A program made the translations under genes and the position numbers. A stretch of DNA of 64,000 bases from Eledone cirrhosa (Eukaryota), in contig OZ024742.1 in assembly GCA_964016885.1 (NCBI GenBank), positions 8,184,001 to 8,248,000 on the forward strand, in the 5' to 3' direction. The notes beneath the pieces were generated by a model that made no database searches, was not told where the DNA came from, and saw only the letters and a program-made list of their open reading frames with translations. Below are positions 27,798 to 45,260 of the stretch, piece by piece; the first letter of the stretch is position 1, and each line of letters starts with the position of its first letter.

Positions 27798-28067
27798 GGG
27801 CGGTAGAATGGCAGTATCGGTAGAGGGTCAGACGCCATGCTTTACAGCATAGGGTTATGACCCTTTATGATCTGAGTTCAGATCGCGCCGAGGTTAACTT
27901 TGTCTTTCATCCTTACGGGGTCGATAAAATAATGTACCAGTAATGTACTGGGATAATTGCTGGCCTTGTGCCAAAAGTAGAAACAATTATTATACTGAAT
28001 CTCCAAACTACGAATGTTGAGTGCTTTCTCCTGCTTGTTCCTGTTTTTACCAAAACAATCTCTTCGG

Positions 28068-28125
<58 letters not shown>

Positions 28126-28314
28126 GAGAGAGAGAGATGAGAGAGAGAAGGTGATTTAAAAGAGTTAAAGTCAGTGTTGTAGCATATGTACAAACTTTAT
28201 CTGCATATTACAACTGTTCGATATCGATGAACTCGGGGTACAATGAAGGGGACGGGGGTCCGCTCGTCGGCTGTCTTCTGAGGATAATTACAGTTTCGGA
28301 TGCTTCCAAACGCA

Positions 28315-28349
<35 letters not shown>

Positions 28350-30560
28350 ATCTCCCCATCTCTTTGTGTTTGTGTGTGTGTAATTCAAACATCTATATAA
28401 AGCTCCCGCTAGCTTCAAATCCGGTAGCAGCTTTCAAAGGTCAAATTGACATTCAAATAAAGATAACATTTTGAAATATTCGTTTCATTTCAGATGTAGA
28501 ATAATGAAGAGTTCGAAAGATCGTCTAATGAGATATGTTAAATAGTTTACTAGAAACACATTCAAATAAAAAATAAACGAAATAGTTTTGGCGTCATTAA
28601 CAAAATTAACATATTTGTCCTTCCTACTTACCTCTTTGTCACCACTGACAATGTCAACATTCAAGTGATATGCCATTTACTGACACCAGGGTGCAAACTT
28701 ACTAACAGGTTAGGGTGGTGGATAGGCAGAATTGGTAGATTGACGGATAAAATACCATTGCATATATGTTCTGGATATTTACGTTCAAATCCCGGCGCGG
28801 TCAACTTCGGCTTTCATCATAAAATAACATACAAGGCTACTACTGGGTTTACTTAATCAACATGTTCTACCTCCCACCCATTGATATTACTGGTCTTGTG
28901 TCTAAATTAGAAATAAACATATCTAATAGTATTTTGCTATAGATTATTGGTTAGCCCTGTCTTTATTAGACAACATTAATATTTTGATATTAAGGCTGTG
29001 GATTCTGAAAGTCGGTAGAGCGTCAGAGTCATGCTTAGTAATATTCCTATACGTTTTGAGTTCGAATCCCACCGAGGTTAACTCTGCCGTTCATCCTTAC
29101 GGGGTCGATTCAATAAAGTACCAGTAAGCACTGGGGTAAATTTATTCGACTTGTCCCTCTCTCCCCAAATTGTTGTCCTTGTGCATAAATCAGAAACCAT
29201 TGTTATTTCAATTAAAGAAGGTGGTGGATTAGCAGTAATCAGTAGAGCATACAGTTATGTCCCTTTACGTTCTGAGTTCATATCTCGGCAAAGTTAGCCC
29301 TGTCTTTCATCCTTGCGGGGTCGATAATTTAAAGTACCAGTAACTCACTGGAGTTGATTTAATCGGCTTTTCTCTTCCCTCCGAATAGTTGTACCAAAAA
29401 TAGAAATATTTGTTATTTCAATAAATATTTATTTCGGAGTGTGATTATATCTCCGAACCTACTGAAACATTGTATATTGTCAAACAGCCTTAGAAGAGAT
29501 TGGGGTTGTTAGATCTGTTAAAATCCAATTTTATTTTCTTTCAAATTAAAACATACTAGACAATATATAGATACACGCTGTCTGGAAATCTGATGGGTTT
29601 GTTTTGGCTACAATTTCTTTGTCTCATAAATCTTTTCGATCAGATCTAATAGTTAAAAAGCACCTACATTTATATATTGCAGATCAAATTGTATCACACT
29701 TTCAAATGTCTTTCTTATTTAGCTATTCAATGTGAAATCATGCACTGTTTAATCATTTATCTTCCTAACCGTTGGTATTTCAGAAGTGGAAGTAAAACAT
29801 AAGAAAAAATACGAGATTAAAATATGAAGCAGAATAGATGGTCTTTTTTGTAAATTAACAGGAATGTCGGTCAATTTCAGGACCTTTTTGGAACTATAGC
29901 AATATTTCAACAATTTTCATTTCCAATTTCCTAAATCTTCATACATTGGTGAAACACTTTTGACCTTATAACAATTTCAGCCAGTTTTTGTTCTATTTGT
30001 CAGATACACAGTTTGTTCATGACGGAATAAATACATACTAAGCTATTGAAAATGTCGAAAAATATATAACTTTTCTTTTATTGCCAGCATGATATATATT
30101 TATTCAGTTTTTTACTTTGTATATTATTAATTTTTTGGACCTGTTTCATTATAAAAATAATAAATCTATTCAAACAGACTACGTTACACGTAATTTAAAA
30201 ACAGGCTTGTTTTGTCATTCTGAAAACATTAGGAAGCCAGATTGTTACCTAGCCCTAACTTTTCCGTGTCATAATAATAATTTATAAAATAGAAACAAAG
30301 TAAAACATGTTGAAACCGCTGAATGATGGGGGGGGGGGGGATGTATTCCCTTTAACCGACTATACGGTATTGGTGGATTGGCAGTATCGGTAGAGGGTCG
30401 GACGCCATGCCTTGCAGCAAAGAGTTACGGCCCTTTATTGTCTATTTCAAATCCCGCCGAGGTTAACTTTGCCTTTCATCCTTACGGGGTCGATAAAATA
30501 AAGTACCAGTAATACAATGGGATAATTGCTGGCCTTGTGCCAAAGGTAGAAACCATTATA
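27798..30560 (+). mobile_element. Five same-strand tRNA-derived SINE copies (~27798-27990, 28710-28915, 28995-29200, 29220-29410, 30370-30560)
   Basis: Each has an A/B-box-like head and a (diverged) TTTCATCCTTACGGGGTCGAT body; the span includes intervening unique DNA. Confidence 0.8.
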
Positions 30561-30599
30561 AATTACAATTTGGTTTTTCTCTCAAACATAGCGGATACG

Positions 30600-30882
30600 T
30601 AAATTCATTCATGAGCTTTATATCGAATAATGATAATATTCGATTCGTTTGCAAGCAAACAGCCTCGTTCGCTATGTTGATTTTAGACGACCATCACCAT
30701 CCTTTTGTTCTAGTGTGACAGAGAGAAAGAATCGACTATATTGGATTTATTTTATTGTCGATACTTTCCCTCTGCCACCGCCAGAGGATGGTGATGGTCA
30801 TCTAATAAACATAGCGCAATGAGGCTGTTTGTTTCCAAACAAAGCAGATATTAGTATTATTCGATATGAATCTCACGAAATT
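30600..30882. repeat. Old imperfect inverted repeat (~105-bp arms)
   Basis: TATCGAATAAT...CAAACAGCCTC...GACCATCACCATCCT pairs with AGGATGGTGATGGTC...GAGGCTGTTTG...ATTATTCGATA. Confidence 0.8.
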
Positions 30883-31067
30883 ATTTTATCAAAGTCGGAA
30901 CATTAGACGGAAAATTCAATTTTTAACCTCAGCATAAAATGATTTTCTGAAAAAATAAACAACACTAACTTGTATATAGTATCTCTATGATCTATCCAGT
31001 GCAAGGCGTTGAAACCCCAGGTAGAAGGCGTATTGAGAAATAATTTATATATATATATATATATATA

Positions 31068-31265
31068 TAGGAAAAGAAGGTATGACCCCGACGGCAGAGC
31101 TCAAGTCGTTTCGACGGCTATTTCTGGACATAGAAATAGCCGTCGAAACGGCTTGAGCTCTGCCGTCGGAGTCATACTTTTTCCTATTTCACACTCTACT
31201 AACCTAAGTATTTAGTATTCTGGTGCGTTATGGTCCATCTGATTCCTTATCACATTTCCTTTGTT
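31068..31265 (+). mobile_element. Fold-back insert carrying the 3' half of an HHR (also at 45031-45225 minus, 50669-50861, 56332-56540)
   Basis: ~115-130 bp palindrome plus ~78-nt shared tail; arm GAAA-CGGC-TTGAGCTC(A/T)-GCCG-TC-GG(G/A)GTC; flanked by (TA)n. Confidence 0.85.
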
Positions 31266-31292
31266 ATACATATATATATATATATATATATA

Positions 31293-31741
31293 GTTTTAAT
31301 ATAGATGAGATTCTAAAGGACTAGAACTGTTTCATTCTTTAGAAATCATCAGGAATATAACCATAGTGGCCGTATTTCAGGTTAAGGAGGGGTGGGGGTA
31401 GGGTGGGAAGGAGGTATAGGGGCCAATAGGGGGTGGTCGTTTTTAGCCATCGGGCTTTAACACTGGCTTAAGAACTTTGCAACTTTCAAACACTTTAAGC
31501 CAATGTTAAAGCCCGATGGCTAAAAACGACCTCCCCCTATTGGCCCCTATACCTCCTTCCCACCCTACCCCCACCCCTCCTTAACCTGAAATACGGCCAC
31601 TATGGTTATATTCCTGATGATTTCTAAAGAATGAAACAGTTCTAGTCCTGTAGAATCTCATCTATATTAAAACTTTTATACTCTGCAATGTATTGAGTAC
31701 CTTACTTACTGTGGTTACCTCCGATTCAACCCGGAATAACG

Positions 31742-31745
<4 letters not shown>
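31293..31745 (+). mobile_element. Fold-back pLTR-type insert with an HHR in each arm
   Basis: ~180-bp inverted arms (31293-31472 and 31495-31673) plus a ~70-nt tail, inside (TA)n. Confidence 0.88.
31610..31656 (+). ncRNA. Type I hammerhead ribozyme (inverted copy at 31310-31356, minus)
   Basis: ATTC-CTGATGA-T-TTCT-AA-AGAA-T-GAAA-CAG-TTCTAGTC-CTG-TA-GAAT. Confidence 0.85.
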
Positions 31746-31805
<60 letters not shown>

Positions 31806-31879
31806 TAAATATAAATATATATATACATAAATGTATATACATAATAATATATATACATAAATATATATATATATTATAA

Positions 31880-32026
<147 letters not shown>

Positions 32027-32192
32027 CATATATATGCACTAGGGTTCTTATATATTTGATATATATTTATCTTTATCGAGCCCTCTTTGGATTTTAGTCT
32101 TCACATTTGTTATTATTATTACTATATATATGTATATATATATATCACATGAGAAAGGAAGAATCAGTGGTACGACGCATTAAAATTTATTA

Positions 32193-32287
32193 GACATATT
32201 ACAATCATTTCTCTGGCGACCAGATCGAGGCTCGATCGATGTAATGTTCGAACCTGACTCTGAAATTGCGAGATCCTCAGATACGTC
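32193..32287 (-). ncRNA. Type I hammerhead ribozyme, long stem II
   Basis: Reverse complement: GACGTAT-CTGAGGA-TCTCGC...GCCAGA-GAAA-TGATTG-TA-ATATGTC; 7-bp stem I; stem III looks like a decayed ACAATTGT. Confidence 0.7.
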
Positions 32288-32358
32288 ACGATGTTTCGCA
32301 GCAGAGTTTCCTTATGTGAAACTCTGCTCTGTAAGAAAATCGAATGCTCAAACGGCAT

Positions 32359-32433
<75 letters not shown>

Positions 32434-32672
32434 GTGTATATATATGTGTGTATATATGTGTATATATATGTGTGTGTGTATATATGTGTGTTTTTATATA
32501 TGTGTGTGTATATATATATATGTATATATATATATATTTATATATATATACATATATATATAATATATATATGTACATATATATATATATTTATATATAT
32601 ATATATATACATATATATATAATATATATGTAAATATATATATTTATATATATATATATACATATATATATC

Positions 32673-32703
<31 letters not shown>

Positions 32704-33387
32704 TATATAATTAGTAAATTTGTATTCCAATGTTACTAAGTAGTTGCATTGGATGGAGTCAACCGACGTCAGAGATTGCTCAACGTATAATAAAGTGTGT
32801 TTTAAAATCCGGAGAAAATATGGAGAAGAAGTTTATGAAATGGAAATGCGGGTATAAAGAATTTATTAGGTAACAATTGTTTCTATAGTGTATGGGTTAC
32901 CTATACCTCGCTATTTGAATAATATAAAAATATTATCATAAACCGAAGGTACACTGTAAGCAAACACACCATGTCGTCAGACCTTTGTATTGGAATGATA
33001 TGAAAATATTTTATACACTAGATAAAAGAGAAAGAAGGAGGTAGGAAGAGAAGGGGAAGTGAGTAAGGTGGAGGGAGTCCTAGGATTTAAGACTGTCAAA
33101 CTAGTAGAGATTGTAAGGAGAGAATGTTTTTGCAGCAGTTAGCTTAATGAGGCGTGTTAGGTTTGGCGGGGGAAGTAAATTCTTCTAGTGGTGTTGTTCG
33201 GACAAAATTTAGTTAAAGGGGTCAAAGTGGTACAGAGTTACAGACAAGTTATTGGGGCTATTATAGTAGCAGGTTATTTCTAAAGGGGTCCAGAAAACAG
33301 TGTTTAGTACTATTATTATAGAAAGCCATATCTTGTGTATAAACATATAAAACAGAAATTTGCAAACGGTGGTGTAAAAAGGTAACA

Positions 33388-34826
33388 TTATATGCATTTA
33401 AAAAAAGAAAAAGTCGTTTTCAAACGATGGTTACAGTATAGTGAACGTTCAATTTTGCTGTTCAAAAGTTTGTTTAGCGACGTTAAAATGCAGTATATCT
33501 CCAAATTGCAGAATTTGCAGAATCGATGATTTTGCTTATATGCAGGCGCAGCAGCAATAATTTGCCAATCAAGGGAGAATGCTTGATTGTTCCTCCGGAG
33601 CTGCCAGGCTTTATCGGCGAGGGTTGTTACGGAGCGCATTTTCTCGTGCCTGATCGAAGATCGATGTTGGTATAGGCGAGCTTTGAAAGAAGTTGCGGTA
33701 CATCCGACGTAATACCATTTGTTGGTTCCGGAATTTATTGTACATCGGTAGACAATATTGCGTGCTAGGCATTGGTTATTCAGTGGGCACGTACCTGGTT
33801 TGGTACAGTTACAATTATTTTTATGTTTTGCAGTAGAATCCTGGATAGTTTGGTGGGGTTGTAGTTGCGTGTTAGTGCGTTGTATGTTGCTATGCTGGTG
33901 CGCTGAGTCATTAGGGATGTACTTATTTAGTATTGCTGAGTTGAGTTTTTTAATTAGTTGTTCTATGTTAGGTGCAGTGGAGTATGAGAGTCTAATGGTG
34001 CGTGAGTTAAAGATTTTATAGTATTTATGTGAAGTTGTAAAGTGTTTATTATTAGTGTATAGAATTGTGAGATAATCTTAGTGCTAATAGAAGTATTGTA
34101 CACGGGGTTATACCATATGTACTCTCTACGTCTGACTCTATTTGCTGGTTTGCACCTATTAGTATGCCTATTGATGTGTGTGTGTGGTGCAATACTAGTT
34201 CGACTTAGATGTGTTTTATTCATAGTACTTATGTGGTTATCGTCTAGATATTCTATTTTCTCGCAGTAACCAGCTTTTCTAAGTGCGTCATTATAATATT
34301 CAGCATGCTCGTTGAAGGTTTGCAAATTAGACGACAGTCGGGAGATCCTTATGGATATATTTTTAGGGATAGATTTAATAATGGAATGGGGGTGGTTCGA
34401 TTTTACATTAACGTACTTGAGATTTTCATTAAGTTTGTGAAATGGCTCTATATTACCGTTATTAAGGTTGAAGGTGACATCCAAGAAGTTGACCACCTTA
34501 AGATTGTGTTCGAAGGTAATATTAAGCCCTAGTTCTAAGAAAAGTTTCCTAATGTTTTTACGTCGCCTTTCTAGGTTTTGTTTGTTCATATTCTTGACTA
34601 GTAGAAGTGTATCGTCGCGGTATATTCCGCCGTGGAGGTCCGTAAATTCGCTCTGGAGTCTGTGGGCTATATAGATCCCAACCAGATCCGTGACCTCCGC
34701 CGAATCATTAGAACCCATCGTAACGTCGAATTCCGAGGGTCTATCTCTGCGGACCCAATAACTATTTTTAAAGTGCACTACTGTGCGTCTAGCTTCAAGT
34801 ATAATATTAATTTCCTCGGACCTCAC
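33388..34826 (-). pseudogene. PLE polyprotein remnant: RT (FDVTMGSNDSAE, GIYRDD, NFLDVTF, SNHP, IWYNP) and GIY-YIG endonuclease
   Basis: ORF 33963-34826 plus a frameshifted C-terminus CNC..CPLNNQCLARNIVYRC..YYVGCTATSFKARLYQH..CKFCNLE..LLNSKIE..CNH. Confidence 0.9.
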
Positions 34827-34896
34827 TAACTAACTCGGACCTCTTTCTTTCTCTTTTATCTAGTGTATAAAATATTTTCATATCATTCCAATACAA

Positions 34897-35013
34897 AGGT
34901 CTGACGACATGGTGTGTTTGCTTACAGTGTACCTTCGGTTTATGATAATATTTTTATATTATTCAAATAGCGAGGTATAGGTAACCCATACACTATAGAA
35001 ACAATTGTTACCT
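34897..35013 (+). ncRNA. Type I hammerhead in pLTR, long stem II (second copy at 32868-32984, minus)
   Basis: AGGT-CTGACGA-CATGGTGTG...TACACTATA-GAAA-CAATTG-TT-ACCT. Confidence 0.85.
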
Positions 35014-35186
35014 AATAAATTCTTTATACCCGCATTTCCATTTCATAAACTTCTTCTCCATATATATTTGTATATATATATATATATACATATATAATAT
35101 ATATATGTATATATATGAATATATATATATATAAATGTATATATATATATATATATAGTTATGTAATAAACAACATAAGGCAATTA

Positions 35187-35246
35187 TTCCATTTACCAGT
35201 GGTTTCTTAAAAGCAAACAATTTTGCTTTCAATCCTCAGAATGAAA
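35187..35246 (-). ncRNA. Type I hammerhead ribozyme
   Basis: Reverse complement: TTCATT-CTGAGGA-TTGAAAGCAAA-ATTG-TTTGCTTTTAA-GAAA-CC-ACT-GG-TA-AATGGA. Confidence 0.85.
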
Positions 35247-35270
35247 AAATCCTGGTCTGTTTATTGAATT

Positions 35271-35309
<39 letters not shown>

Positions 35310-35311
<2 letters not shown>

Positions 35312-36480
35312 AGCAGGTTATAGTTCACTTGAAGCATTGTGTATTGAGGTATAAACGTTTGTATATGTATAATAAAGCCAAAACAATGCAGGTATGGACA
35401 TAGAATAAAGAATGCAAATGCAAAAGATATTGTTGACAATTAGTCTTTTACCTTAGATTTATTTAAATCTCCTAAATTTTCGAGATAATATCTCTTCTTC
35501 AGAGGGAATAAATGTGTCAAACCAGTGTTCTAAATAGCTTGCCATGTCATGCTGACAGGAAATGGTATAGAATATCTGTTCTATCTCTAATTTCAAAGAG
35601 TTAAGATTAGGTGGATAAAGAGTAGTCTCCCTTTAAGAGGGGTTTGTTTTTGTTGTTTTTTTGTTGTTGTTTTTTTTGTACATGCCTGTTTAAGTGTGTG
35701 GGAGAATGCATGAAGGTGTAAGTATGTGAGTGTGTGTGTGTGAGTGTGAGAAGATATGTCTATACGTAAATGTGGGGGATAGATGTTATCTCGTGTTAGA
35801 ACAGGTTTAGTGTGTGCATGTGTGAGAGAGAATAAGTGGTGTAAGCGTGTGTGTGTTTGTGTGTGTGTGCGTGCGTGTGTGCGTGTGTGTGTGGGGTGTG
35901 TGTGTAAATATGGGGCTAGGAGCTCTATCAAGTTATAAATTGGGTGTTGAGTTCTAGTCTATTATTAATTGGTGGTTGTGTTTTGTCTATAATTAGTGCT
36001 TCCCTTAATTCTAAGTTTGCCGAGGTTTCTTTCCTTAGTTTCTATCCTAACTGTTATGGTTTTGTCGGTGTTTTTACATTTAACTAGGTGTTTCTTAAAT
36101 GAGGAAGCGTTACGTTAGTATTGAGGTGTTCTTTTATTCTTATGTGGAGTGGTCTGGTGGTGCTACCTACGTAGAAGTTGTTGCATTTGTCACACTCTAG
36201 TCTGTATACGACGTAAGCCTGGTGGCATAGGTCTGTGTCTTTGATGGGGCAGTTGGCTAGTCTGCAGCAGACATGACAACTGCTGCAGACTAGCCAACTG
36301 CCCCATCAAAGACACAGACCTATGCCACCAGGCTTACGTCGTATACAGACTAGAGTGTGACAAATGCAACAACTTCTACGTAGGTAGCACCACCAGACCA
36401 CTCCACATAAGAATAAAAGAACACCTCAATACTAACGCTTCCTCATTTAAGAAACACCTATTTAAATCCAAAAACACCGA
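35310..36480 (-). mobile_element. Truncated Penelope-like element (GIY-YIG and 3' region) with fold-back duplication
   Basis: Peptide CPIKDTDLCHQAYVVYRLECDKCNNFYVGSTTRPLHIRIKEH...EALII..QPPINNRLE; 36065-36269 is inverted at 36279-36480; possible degenerate HHR at 35451-35505. Confidence 0.85.
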
Positions 36481-36574
36481 CCTTACGGGGTCGATAAAAT
36501 AAAGTACCAGTAATGCACTGGATAATTGCTGGCCTTGTGCCTAAAATAGAAACAATTATACATATACAAACGTT

Positions 36575-36605
<31 letters not shown>

Positions 36606-36608
36606 GTA

Positions 36609-37252
36609 TATAAGTATGTATGTACACGTACATACACATATGTATACAGACGTACAGTAGTATGTATATATATACATACATGCACACATATATATAAATG
36701 TACGTATGGGTTTAGCGAACATTTATTATAATGCTTGGTTTGTTTGTAAACAAACAGCCCGAATCACACTGTACAGTGTTCAGGCAACCATCGGCACCTT
36801 TTTGTTCAACACTGACACATTTATCGTTTTCGGTGCGCCCGGCCGACTAACTCACTCGATATGCAAATTAGGCTGCTCAGCCGTTAATATGCATAAGGAA
36901 AGTATATACTTTGAGACGTTCAACCATCTAACTGAAAGGTATACGATGCTGACGATAGCTAATAAGCTTGAAACATCGTTCCTGTGTCAGTGTTGAACAA
37001 AAAGGTGACGATGGGTGCCTGAACACTGTACGGAGTAATACGGGCTGTTTGTTACAAACAAACCAAGCATTATAATACATTTTCGGGAAACCCATACGTA
37101 CATATATATATATGTGTGCATGTATGTATATATATACATACTACTGTACGTCTGTATACATATATGTATGTACGTATACATATATACTTACATTTAAGTA
37201 CCAGCTGTACTAAGAGTGAGAAATGAAATTACGTTTCATTATTTTCCATTTA
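36609..37252. mobile_element. Diverged fold-back copy of the 422-bp HHR repeat family
   Basis: Minus arm 36609-36820 and plus arm 36820-37252; the HHR at ~36943-36980 has lost stem III. Confidence 0.85.
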
Positions 37253-37271
37253 TATATATATATATATATAT

Positions 37272-37485
37272 TTCAGTTTAGTAGTCAGTTACAAATATTA
37301 AGCTCTAAGAAAAATACTTCTGAGCATTACATTACAATTTAAAAATTAAAAAATATATGATCAACACTACTGTGTTTTTTTTTTGCAAAATGACAAAAAA
37401 AAAAAAAAAAAAAAAAAATTGTCATTTTGCAAAAAAAAACACAGTAGTGTTGATCATATATATTTTTCTTTTTAAGTTGTAATAT
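37272..37485. mobile_element. Asymmetric fold-back insert with central poly-A and conserved tail
   Basis: ATATATGATCAACACTACTGTG...TGCAAAATGACAA and its inverse; the left tail resembles 54638-54710. Confidence 0.75.
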
Positions 37486-37494
37486 ATATATATA

Positions 37495-37567
<73 letters not shown>

Positions 37568-37571
37568 CGTA

Positions 37572-42290
<4,719 letters not shown>

Positions 42291-42322
42291 CATATATATG
42301 TATATATACATATGTATATATA

Positions 42323-42374
<52 letters not shown>

Positions 42375-42442
42375 TATATATATATATACACACACATATA
42401 TATATGTATATACATATATATATTTCATATATATGTATATAA

Positions 42443-43404
42443 TCTATATATATAAAACTGAGGATGTCTGTCTGTGTGTGTGTGAGTTTGGATCCCTAAA
42501 ACTAGAGAAGTACGCAACAGATTTGTTTCAAACTTTAGACATGTAATACTTATGTTTCAGGGAGTCTTCTTAGCAAAAGAAATTTCAAATGTTTAATGCG
42601 CTAGGGATCGCATTAGGTGATTTAGCAATCTCTCTCTATAATTCTTAATCTTTCGCTTTTTAGATAGATACATACATATAACGTCGCGCCTTATAATATC
42701 TGTCTGTATATCTGACTGTCTGCATTACGTTACTTTTCACAATTCCCTTTCCTTCCAAAACGCGGCCTTATAATATATGTCTGTATGTCTGGCTGTCTGC
42801 TGCCTCCGGTTATATTGCCACCCTTGCTCAAGACAAATCTCACACTCATTCCCCAAACAGTTGGTAAGTGCACACAAGTTCTTCCTCACGTTTTAGGCCA
42901 CAGTGTTGATTACTTACGTACCACCAGACCCTTACTTCTTTGCCAGCCGTGGTTGTGGCAATATTAAGCTTAGCTAAGGCGGTTATATATTTCACACAAC
43001 ACTAAAAATGAAAGCCGGAAACTATGTATTAGTCAGGCTCTTCTTCATACCGTGAGCACAGAAAATCCAACTTTTAGTGGAGCCCGCATTAGGTGAAAAA
43101 CTTCATTTTTTCAGCTTTTTAGGACTTTTTTTAGGCGTTACGTCTAGCCGATTTTATGGAAATTTCAAGGCATATTATGCACACGAAAAAAATTTATTTT
43201 CTTGATCCCTAGGGCCTGCATTAGGTGAAAACCTGCATCTTTCCTGCTTCGTCGAGGAAAATCTTAAAGGTTATCCAGCCATCAGAATATTCGGTTTATT
43301 TTCTTTACATATTGTCGAGGCATGCAGTTTTTCCACGATTAGGTCTGTAGGCGGCCCGCATTCCAAAATACCTTATCCCGTGCAACGCCGGGTACCACTG
43401 CTAG
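42443..43404 (+). mobile_element. Non-autonomous Helitron
   Basis: 5' TCTATATATATAAAA...GTCTGTCTG; 3' hairpin CCCGTGCAACGCCGGG then CTAG; internal GCATTAGGTGA subrepeats. Confidence 0.85.
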
Positions 43405-44018
43405 AGGCGAAAACACAGAAGAGGGTGTTTTCCTTTACAGGAATTCCAAACCTCCAGCGTGAATATTTTATGAGCTAATAGAGGCATAGGAAAAACATTA
43501 AAATTAAAAGTATAAATTAAAATGAGAAACCAAAATCATACCTAGATCACACATGTACAAACTCACCAGGAGGTTGTTTCGCCATTTTAGTGGGTTCCAA
43601 TTCGGGCCTGTGGGTCATCAGCATGTGGAGAGGCCGATATTGTCCGCACTATTAGAGAGAGAGAGAACTATAGTAAACCACCTGTAGCATGTGTAAATAT
43701 AAGGGAATTACGTGCGCGAGGCAGTAACTGGTGAAGTCACAGATATACTATGGAAGTTGCAGATATACTATGGCAGTCTCAGATATACTATGGAATCTCA
43801 AATATACGTGTCCGTCGAACCTGCGGGTCCAAAATCAAACAGATCCACGCAATGATCGCACCTCGAGCTGTCCGCCGGCGAAACAATTGTAATACACAAT
43901 AAATTGAGTTCAGATGCATCACTGATTTTTCGTTTTCTATTCTATCATAATCTGCTCTGTAAGAGCATAGAGTGCCCAACCCGCATACCGCCTATGGAAG
44001 CATATTAGTTACCATCAG

Positions 44019-44122
<104 letters not shown>

Positions 44123-44299
44123 TGCATTGTGTATATTACTATTTCTTAAAGTTGAAGTACATTATGAAATATCCGAAAATATCTTTCTGTAATGTATGTA
44201 TTATCATAATTCTATACTTTCCAATAAGTCTGCCTCTCACTTGTAACCTACGCCCCATCTCTCTCTTTCTCACACACACTCTCTGTCTCTCTCGCTCGT

Positions 44300-44339
<40 letters not shown>

Positions 44340-44341
<2 letters not shown>

Positions 44342-44483
44342 AGGAAAGAGCGAAAGAGAGATAAGAGAGATAGAATGGTGTATATATATAGAGAGAGAAT
44401 AATATATATATATATATATATTATTCTCTCTCTATATATATACACCATTCTTTCTCTCTTATCTCTCTTTCGCTCTTTCCTTA
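44340..44483. repeat. Near-perfect ~140-bp palindrome of GA/TA-rich sequence
   Basis: AAGGAAAGAGCGAAAGAGAGATAAG...CTTATCTCTCTTTCGCTCTTTCCTT centred on (TA)n. Confidence 0.85.
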
Positions 44484-44996
44484 CCTCTCTACCGCTCTCT
44501 TGCGCTCTCTCTCTATATATATATCTATCTATCTGCCTGTCGCTGTGTGTATTTAATAGATGTAGTGTGTGTGTTTGTGTGTAAGTTTTTTTTCTAAGTA
44601 TTCTCACATATGAGAACAAGCTTACTTACTTCCGCTATAGATATATGATGGTCTATTCATCAGTTGCTAATCTTTACTTGTTCCATTGTATGTATTTGGA
44701 AAATGTCAAGGTTATCGATCAGTCGAGGAATTCTAAGAGTAATAACAGACACAATCAGAAAACCGCAAAGATTTGCGTCGCTAAATAAACTAGGAATTGG
44801 AAACAGCCATCGGCCACACTAGCACAAAGCAGTAGACTAACTGACACGAAGTTTTATTAATAAACACACTTCTAGCATCCGATTATCAATCAACGAATAA
44901 GAATGTTTATGACAACCACATGGAAACCTCATTAACGAGAAATACAAAATATAATTGCCCCTCAAGAGGTTGGTTTCCTTCAAATTCACAAATACC

Positions 44997-45032
<36 letters not shown>

Positions 45033-45221
45033 ACGAAGAAAATGTGGTAAGGAACCAGGTGGACCATAACGCACCCAAGTACTCAAGAATTAGGGTAGTA
45101 GAGTGGGAAATAGGAACGAGTAGGACCCCGACGGCTGAGCTCAAACCGTTTCGACGGCTAATTCTGGACCAGAATTAGCCGTCGAAACGGCTTGAGCTCA
45201 GCCGTCGGGGTCCTACTCATT

Positions 45222-45256
<35 letters not shown>

Positions 45257-45260
<4 letters not shown>

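Larger units (their letters stand above)
32712..35060 (-). mobile_element. 5'-truncated Naiad-like Penelope element with 3' pLTR and inverted 5' pLTR
   Basis: RT and GIY-YIG on the minus strand; 32818-33035 is inverted at 34845-35062; (TA)n flanks. Confidence 0.93.

Noticed and set aside
43740-43808. Three to four 20-bp direct repeats (CAGATATACTATGG)
   Set aside because: Short local tandem duplication with no spacers or associated element.
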